A stretch of 64,000 nt of DNA from contig NC_134025.1 of NCBI RefSeq assembly GCF_964204645.1, positions 5,828,001 through 5,892,000 of the forward strand, in the 5' to 3' direction. The DNA comes from Tubulanus polymorphus (Eukaryota > Animalia > Nemertea). The notes below the pieces were generated by a model, which was not told the DNA's origin, made no database searches, and saw nothing but the letters and a program-made list of their open reading frames with translations. The stretch's first letter is position 1. Every line of letters begins with the position of its first letter. Below are positions 57,048-64,000 of the stretch, piece by piece. A program made the position numbers and the translations under genes.

Positions 57048-58834
57048 ATTAGAAGCTTCCAACCATAGATTCCTGTACTGTACATAGTATATTCATCTAA
57101 TCAAGACTTCTTAATGAAACATCGATGAGTTAAATGATTTTTGACAGCTGGAAACAACCTTGAGTTTTCTCACAAATTTTTTGGAAACTTTCGGTATTCT
57201 ACATTTTGGATGGGTGTTTAAATTAGGCATTTTAAAAGATGGATGGAAGACTAGTGAATGTATTGCTCTTGCTTAAAACAATTGCCTGAAAAGCATATTT
57301 GATTGTACATAGATTATCAATATTCTTGATTTATAATATTTATTGTATCATCTTATTGTATAAAGTGTATAATACTGATAATATACTGAAACGAACATTA
57401 CAAATATTGGGAAAAGTTCTTAAATGAATGAAATCGTAAATAAATGATAGATGAAATATTTTATATAAATATATGTATGTACAAATCATTTGTAAAAAGT
57501 GGTAATTTTGTATGGTGTGTGTTCATGATGTGCTAGTTGGCGGGCCACTTTTCTTTTTTATTTCCCATCGAATTCATTAATCATTAGAGATGACGTGCAA
57601 TACAGTTTGATGTACTGTAGAATCTCCTGTTTTAGTTTATTTATAACTTGTTCTATACAGTGAAAATGTAATTCCTTGTAAGATGTATTTCAGAAAGACA
57701 GGTTAATGCACAACCATATCAAACATGTAAATACAACATAGAATATGAAAGGTCCATATGACTTTATAAATATTTCGAAAGAATAATACAACAAATATTA
57801 GTCAAACCTGCATGAAATCACAACATTGTTGTAATCATTTGTACAATAAAATGTCGTTTTCATTAAAATGATTTTCTTTCTTGTCATTTTTGTAACCATG
57901 TCCCTTTTTATGCCTGAAAGAATAACTAATATTCTAAGGAATAAGTCACTTGCCCGGGGGCAAGCATATCTGAAATTTTACTTGCCCCATCAAAAATCTA
58001 CTTGCCCTACACTCAGTCAAACTGCTGTATCGGTTGGGAAAAAGAGACAAAAATGCACCAGCCTGACGACAAGTGATAATGAAACCTACTAGCTCTAATG
58101 AGTGCTTAGATTGGACCCTGCTTAGAGAATCGCACACTGATATGACGAAAGATGAAGTTTCAATATCTAATAATTTGTTGATTCATCGTTTTGACTATAA
58201 CCTACTTCATCTTAAGGAATTGTAGTACAAATGAGATATCCCTGAAGATGACTTAGGTTATAGTAGTAACATCAAATCAATAGATTAACTATAGTGAAAC
58301 TTTTCAGACTTCCTTTCGTCATGTTAGTGTGGGATTCTCTATCTGATAGGTAACTAATAAACTGATCCATAACCAGGCCCTCAAATTCCATTTTTACATA
58401 CATAAACACCCAATTGTTTTAGCTCCAGTTCTGTGACAATTATCTTTCACATCTTGTAAGTCAAAAGTAGCATTTTTTGTGAAAAGCAAGCACAAACCAG
58501 CCTTAACAAATCTTTTCCAGCAATAGACTAAGTAGCACTTAGTAGATTTGCTACAAACCATGATTTTAGTTGCAGCGATCATAACCTCAAATTAGAAATT
58601 GGTGGTCCTATAAATTAACATAAATTGACAAAAATGGCCATTTTTGTGTAATACTATTTTTATTTGAACATGCATCATCTTATAATGATATAACAAATTG
58701 GTACAATTGAGTTGTTAACTGGGGATGTGCAAGAACACATATTCCATAAAGATGAAAAAAATTTCTAAATTGCTGCTTTGAAATTACATTTGGTCCATTT
58801 AAAACTAAAAACCATCTGGCCTGCTTATTCAGTA

Positions 58835-58998
58835 CAGCGGAACCTTGTTACAACAAACTCGGATACAATGATTCATCAGATGAAGAATTTCATCGCAAGT
58901 AAAAAAATTTGATTAATTTCATACTGGATATAATAATCTATGGGTTATAACGAATATATTTTCTTGTCCCATCAAGTTCGCTGTAACCAGGTTCCGTA
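58835..58998. mobile_element. Tc1/mariner (pogo/Tigger-like) MITE
   Basis: TA-CAG start; 22-bp TIRs (cggaaccttgttacaacaaact / agttcgctgtaaccaggttccg) with 3 mismatches. Confidence 0.65.
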
Positions 58999-59997
58999 GT
59001 TAGAAATAAAGATATAGTAGAAACTGACCATCTGATGTACATTCTCCATACTAAAGGTAAGGTAGGCTACATAAAACTGATCTAAATGTACAACAAAAAA
59101 TTCCTTCAATTTTGGTCAAAATTTAAAAAAACATCAGCAGCTTCTTGTAAATGATATATAAAACATTATATAGAGTGAATAACGTTACATCAATACTATT
59201 AGTAATATCTAAGTGATAAGTGGTAAGCTTCCATGGTACTTCAGTATAGTTACTAATTAGTAGATAGTTGAGGTATTGCGATACTGAAAAAGTCATATTA
59301 CAATCACTTATACATGTACATGTATTACCTTTCATATAAGAGGGTAATTACTACATACTGGGCCCATAGTGTGTTGAGTAACTTAAACCATTTGGTCCAT
59401 TTCACAAGTCATCAAAAAGTTAACATTTTCAAAATAAATTAAGTGGTTGTTTATTTATAAATTCATTTCAAAACAACCAACTCTTTGAAATTAAGCTGGT
59501 GACAATTCGAGCTTAACTCTCAATAAAATATTTCTTTTTAGATCATGTATCTAAAGGCTAAAAATATTTCTATATAAAATTGAGTTTATTCTACTGTTGG
59601 CAGTATGGCTGAGGAATCAGTACTCTAACTGGTAACAGCCATTTTGGACGTATCATTTAGAATTCAGCAGTGTGCAAAGGATTTGATTCATTTTGAACAC
59701 TTGAATTACCAGTACATGAAAACATATTACAAGACTAATCAATAATATAGACAACAAATGAATAATATGCTTTTATCATATTGACTATTTGTTCGTAAGT
59801 TCTTTCAGACGAATGAATCCTAGAACCACTATTCAACGTTACCTAGCACAGGAAAAAATCTAATCGTGATCATTTCTTCTAAAGACGAATTAACAATCTA
59901 ATTTACCGGTTTCAATGATTCAATTGATCGAGTTAACACCAACACTGTTCTCAACATAGCACCTTATTGACACAAATTACTAATGTGAAATTGAAAA

Positions 59998-62900
59998 TTA
60001 ACTGAGCGATGTACGCGACGGCAAAGGTGGCGGTGGAATGGGTTTATAGGCTAGATAATCGGGTAGCGGGGTATATTCCACATCCTTATATCCAAAAGCC
60101 TGCGGCCCGACAACTTTCAATGCTAACTCAGAACGCATTGCCGGCGCAGATGGCATTGCTATGACGACAACGCGTAGACCATAACGGGTTTCTTCTGTAA
60201 TGACTGGCTCTCCTGTATCGGCATCTAATAAGCTAATGAGGTCGGGGGTCGTCGCGACGACATCGCCGCTTAGTTTACTGCCGGCTATGCGCTTCCTCGC
60301 GACCAAATTTTCATTCTGAAAATCGACTAGTAGCTCACTGCCTTGGAAACGACCGAAACCTTCGACGATCAACTTACCAAATGTAAACCCATTTTCAGTT
60401 TTTCGGGTTACGTCTATAATCTGAAAACATAATAACACGCTCTCTTGAAGAAATTAGGCAATACCACAACATGAATCTGTTGAAATAAGCTAGAATGGAT
60501 TTGAATCCCGACTGAGCAAACTCAACTGGCTTAAATAGTTCTATACTCTCTAATAGAGACTAATTCCTGTCTTGATGAAGGTCAATACATACAATATCAA
60601 TTTAAACAACTGTTTTCGTTGTTTTTTGAAAAAGCAATAACAATTGTTTAAATTGATATTGTATGTATTCACCTTGGCTTCTCTAGAAAAGATTTATTTA
60701 CCTTTCCATGTATTAACCTTCGGCCACTACAGCTTTTTATTACCACAGACGCGGGTGATACTTTCAATTCACGAGCACGTAAAATAGCATCGCCGACCCT
60801 CCATGATCTGCTTACACTATACAGAATGGTGTTCTCTTTCACTTCTTTAGCTTTGAAACAAGACAGCGTAACACCAGCCGCACACCTGCAATTATGAATC
60901 ATTTTCTTCAATAATGACGATATTTGAAGAATTCAAATTTTATGCATCAAACTTAAAGGCTGCACTTACCCGCACTTCACCACACATTCTCTGAAGAAAT
61001 CTTCCAAACCTTTTGGCGTTAGCTTTCCATCAATTACAGCAAATCGCCTACCCTGTACAAATGTTTTTATCATTTCACTAAGTACGCAGTTCAATGAAAT
61101 CATAAGCCGATACTTTATCGATATACATACCTTATCATCAGCCATCGCGCCTGGGAATGGATTCAAGCCCTTTATGAATGGCAGTACCATCTGTAGTTCA
61201 GGGAAAGCCCGGCCCATACCATCGCAATCAACAACTGGTAAATTCATATCAGCAGCAAATGCCAATGGTTCGAGGGCATTTAAACCCCCAATCTCACCAC
61301 TCATCAAAGCTACCATTTTTACCGCTTTCACTTTCTTCAATTTGCTTATATCCTCTTCAGTCCGAAGAACCTAATTACAGGTGTTATAATTATAATAACA
61401 TTTATAATAAGTTTTTTTCCAAATATAACGTGCTAACGATATGATTTTGCGATCTATCAAACTCACCCTATTACCATCTTCATCTTTCATGATTTTATCG
61501 CAGTTTGATTGCATAATTTCTTGAACTAAATGCACAGAATCACATATCTCATTGCCAGCAATCAGTTTCTCCAATGCGATCAAAGGGGCTCCCATAAAAC
61601 CAACCATACTAACATAACCATCATAATCCGGGGATACCGACAATCTAACATACAAAAACAAAACATTGATTTCATTTCTAAAGGAGAAGAACTGTTTAAC
61701 AAGGATAACAAAGCTTAAAATTAAATTTGAAATCAATTTCAAGATAGATAAAAATTGTTACATAACAAGTCTTATATAATGCATAAGTATGCTGCCTGTT
61801 GTATTATACCTGCTTGGGTGAATAACTCGTATTCGTTTACCATCTTTCAGCGCTTTAAGTGCATGTAATCTCGCCAGATACGGGCTACCTCCACCTCCAC
61901 AACCCAATATACCAGCACCGATAGCGATACACTCAATGTCACGTTTATTCAGGAGCCATTCTCCAGTAGCGTAATCAATATCGTGTTCATGGTATTCAAT
62001 CTCTGGACTTTCAAGTCGCCCTAAAAATTCAAATATTCCTTGCGTAAATGATAGCAAATGAGATGACATTTCCACAATCGCGTGCTCAGATTTAGCTTCA
62101 CAGTTAAAATCAATTCATTTTCATATGTACCGGTACTCAATCAACAAACTTCGCCCTGGGTCCAGATTATTAATCCTGCTACCTCCAATCGATTGAAAAA
62201 TAATTCAGGTCAGAACAGAAATTTGAAGTTCCTCCCGCTTCATAGCTAGCGCAATTAGTAGAAAACGTTTGTTATCCTACCTGCATTAAAACTTTGCATT
62301 AATGAGTCCGGTATTTCATCTTCTTCTTCATTTTCCTCATTGTTAACATCGCTCTGAACACCATCAACAGCATCAGCTGTAACTATTAAGAGAAGTCACA
62401 ATATATCAAAAAAATATCATTCGTGGGAATTAGTGGTTAAAATGAAAAGTAGGTTTAAATTGTCATAATACCTTCATCAGATATTGAAGATTTAATCGGT
62501 AGAAGATCGCCCACTGCTTTTACTTGTAGCCTAACAGCATCTCCAGGTACATATGCTACTGGTGTTTCAGTGACCTCAACGACCTCTACTGTGTCTGGAT
62601 GAGCCCCTCCCTGGAGGACTAACATTTCAGCTTTCTTCTTAGTTGACTCAACAGCTTCATCGCGAGGTACCTTTGCCATGCACACAATATGATCGACACT
62701 GCCTCCTATTTTACTCAATGCTGCTCCAACAGCATTAGCAACCTTAATAATAAAACCATATTGATAGTAAATATTAGAATGCAGTTGATACACCGGTAAC
62801 CAGAAAAGTGAATGAACCTCAAATTATTTTCTACAATGGTACAACATGTACAATATTGCCCAATCGAATTCAAACTTACAGCAAAATGAGATGGTTTAAT

Positions 62901-64000
62901 AACTTTGGAGGAGCCTTTCAGTTTACGCTTGCTGTCTATTAGAATACTTCCACCACCCACTAAAACAACAGGTTCATCGCAAGCACTAATCTGAAGATAG
63001 ACAAAATATTTAAAACATAAGGTGACAATTTTCAATTTCTCATTGCAGTTTATCATGTATGAGTACATTAAAAAATATACCTTCACTTGATCCAAGACAC
63101 CTTCGATCATTTCACGGATTTCCCTGATTGCACATTCTACAGTATCGTCTGGTATATGCTGCGTACGTTCTATATCACCGAGTTGAACGAGGCCTGCTCG
63201 CACAGCAATATCAGTCGCGGTTAACATTGATCCTCCAAAAGCTATCGAGTCTTGAGTTAATTTATATCCTACAGACTGTGGTCCGACTTTTATTGGAGTC
63301 TGTGGAAATTTGATCAAGTTCAAAATTGTCATAGTTAGTATAATTGATCAAACCGAATAGAATTCATAATCCCCTGACATTGGTTCTAATTGAGATGGTC
63401 TTTCTATTAACTTACTGTTAAGAACATACTATCACGAGTTTTAGGAGATGTCAATTCTCGAACTAGTGATCCACCACCAAGTCCAATACTTAGAACATCT
63501 GGCATACGAAAATTTGTATTCACTCCACCAACCTTTAATGAGAACCATCACTGATAATCTTACAAGGAGCCACTCATTCATTGAAGGTGCATTTGTATGT
63601 GGTTATGGGCTTGAAAAATTGACACAAAGACTACCACGTGAACACAATGTTACAATGAACAAATTGACATATATACAAGTAATTGAAACTTACAGCAACT
63701 TTTGAGGAAGCCTCCCTCGGAAAACCTTTGCGTAATACTCCAACATCAGTCGTAGTTCCACCTATATCAATAACTATGCAGTTCTTAATACCTGCCAAAA
63801 ACGCAGCTCCACGCATACTATTAGTTGGACCAGATGCAAATGTCCGAACTGGAAATTCGAGAGTATCAGCAGCACTGCAATAAATGATGAGAAAATAAAG
63901 ACTGTTACTACATACAGAAATATCACCAGTAACTGGAAGTAATTAATGATGTTATTTAGTTTGAAAGATAGGGCCAATAGATGCCTACCATACCTGATGA
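59998..64000 (-). CDS. Hydantoinase/oxoprolinase-family domain fused to DUF917; 5' end beyond the right edge
   Basis: Hydantoinase_A motifs: FPVRTFASGPTNSMRGAAFL; VIDIGGTTTDVG; PDVLSIGLGGGS; VGPQSVGY..LTATDIAV; LVGGGSIL; VANAVGAA. An acidic linker exon is followed by DUF917 motifs: IAIGAGILGCGGGGSPY; GFMGAP; EIGGLN; DCDGMGRAFPELQM; FQNENL; PDLISLLD..TEETRYGLRV..VGPQAFG. GT-AG introns throughout. Confidence 0.9.

Noticed and set aside
62131-62200. Possible extra exon in the hydantoinase-DUF917 linker
   Set aside because: Candidate splice sites give a stop or a phase mismatch, and the flanking exons already join in frame.

Overview
AT-rich, gene-dense, intron-rich eukaryotic DNA from an invertebrate animal. 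It is probably a compact-genome marine bilaterian; this is inferred from gene content and roughly 80-100 bp introns. It is not prokaryotic, so most ORF-track entries are exons or spurious. In order, the genes are: the 5' ~21.7 kb of a giant secreted/surface cysteine-repeat (GCC2/GCC3, Ephrin_rec_like-type) gene on the minus strand that runs off the left edge; a 4xIg+FN3+TM receptor (+); an F-box/WD40 protein (+); an EGF-family ligand (+); gephyrin (-) head-to-head with NDUFAF5 (+); an ENPP4/5-type ectonucleotide pyrophosphatase (-); sphingolipid delta-4 desaturase DEGS (-) head-to-head with YY1 (+); and the 3' part of a hydantoinase/oxoprolinase-DUF917 fusion (-). The most interesting non-obvious signals are a candidate 7SK-like structured RNA at ~37.5-38.0 kb, a split tRNA-like Pol III element carrying a 29-bp palindrome with a 7-bp direct repeat at ~50.3-50.5 kb, a ~3-kb higher-order repeat inside the giant Cys-rich gene with X-box-like motifs upstream, a cluster of YY1 sites in YY1 intron 1 plus a 21-nt in-frame microexon, DEGS-YY1 microsynteny, a GC-AG intron in gephyrin, and a duplicated D-domain in the F-box protein. 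All calls are by eye; no searches were run.
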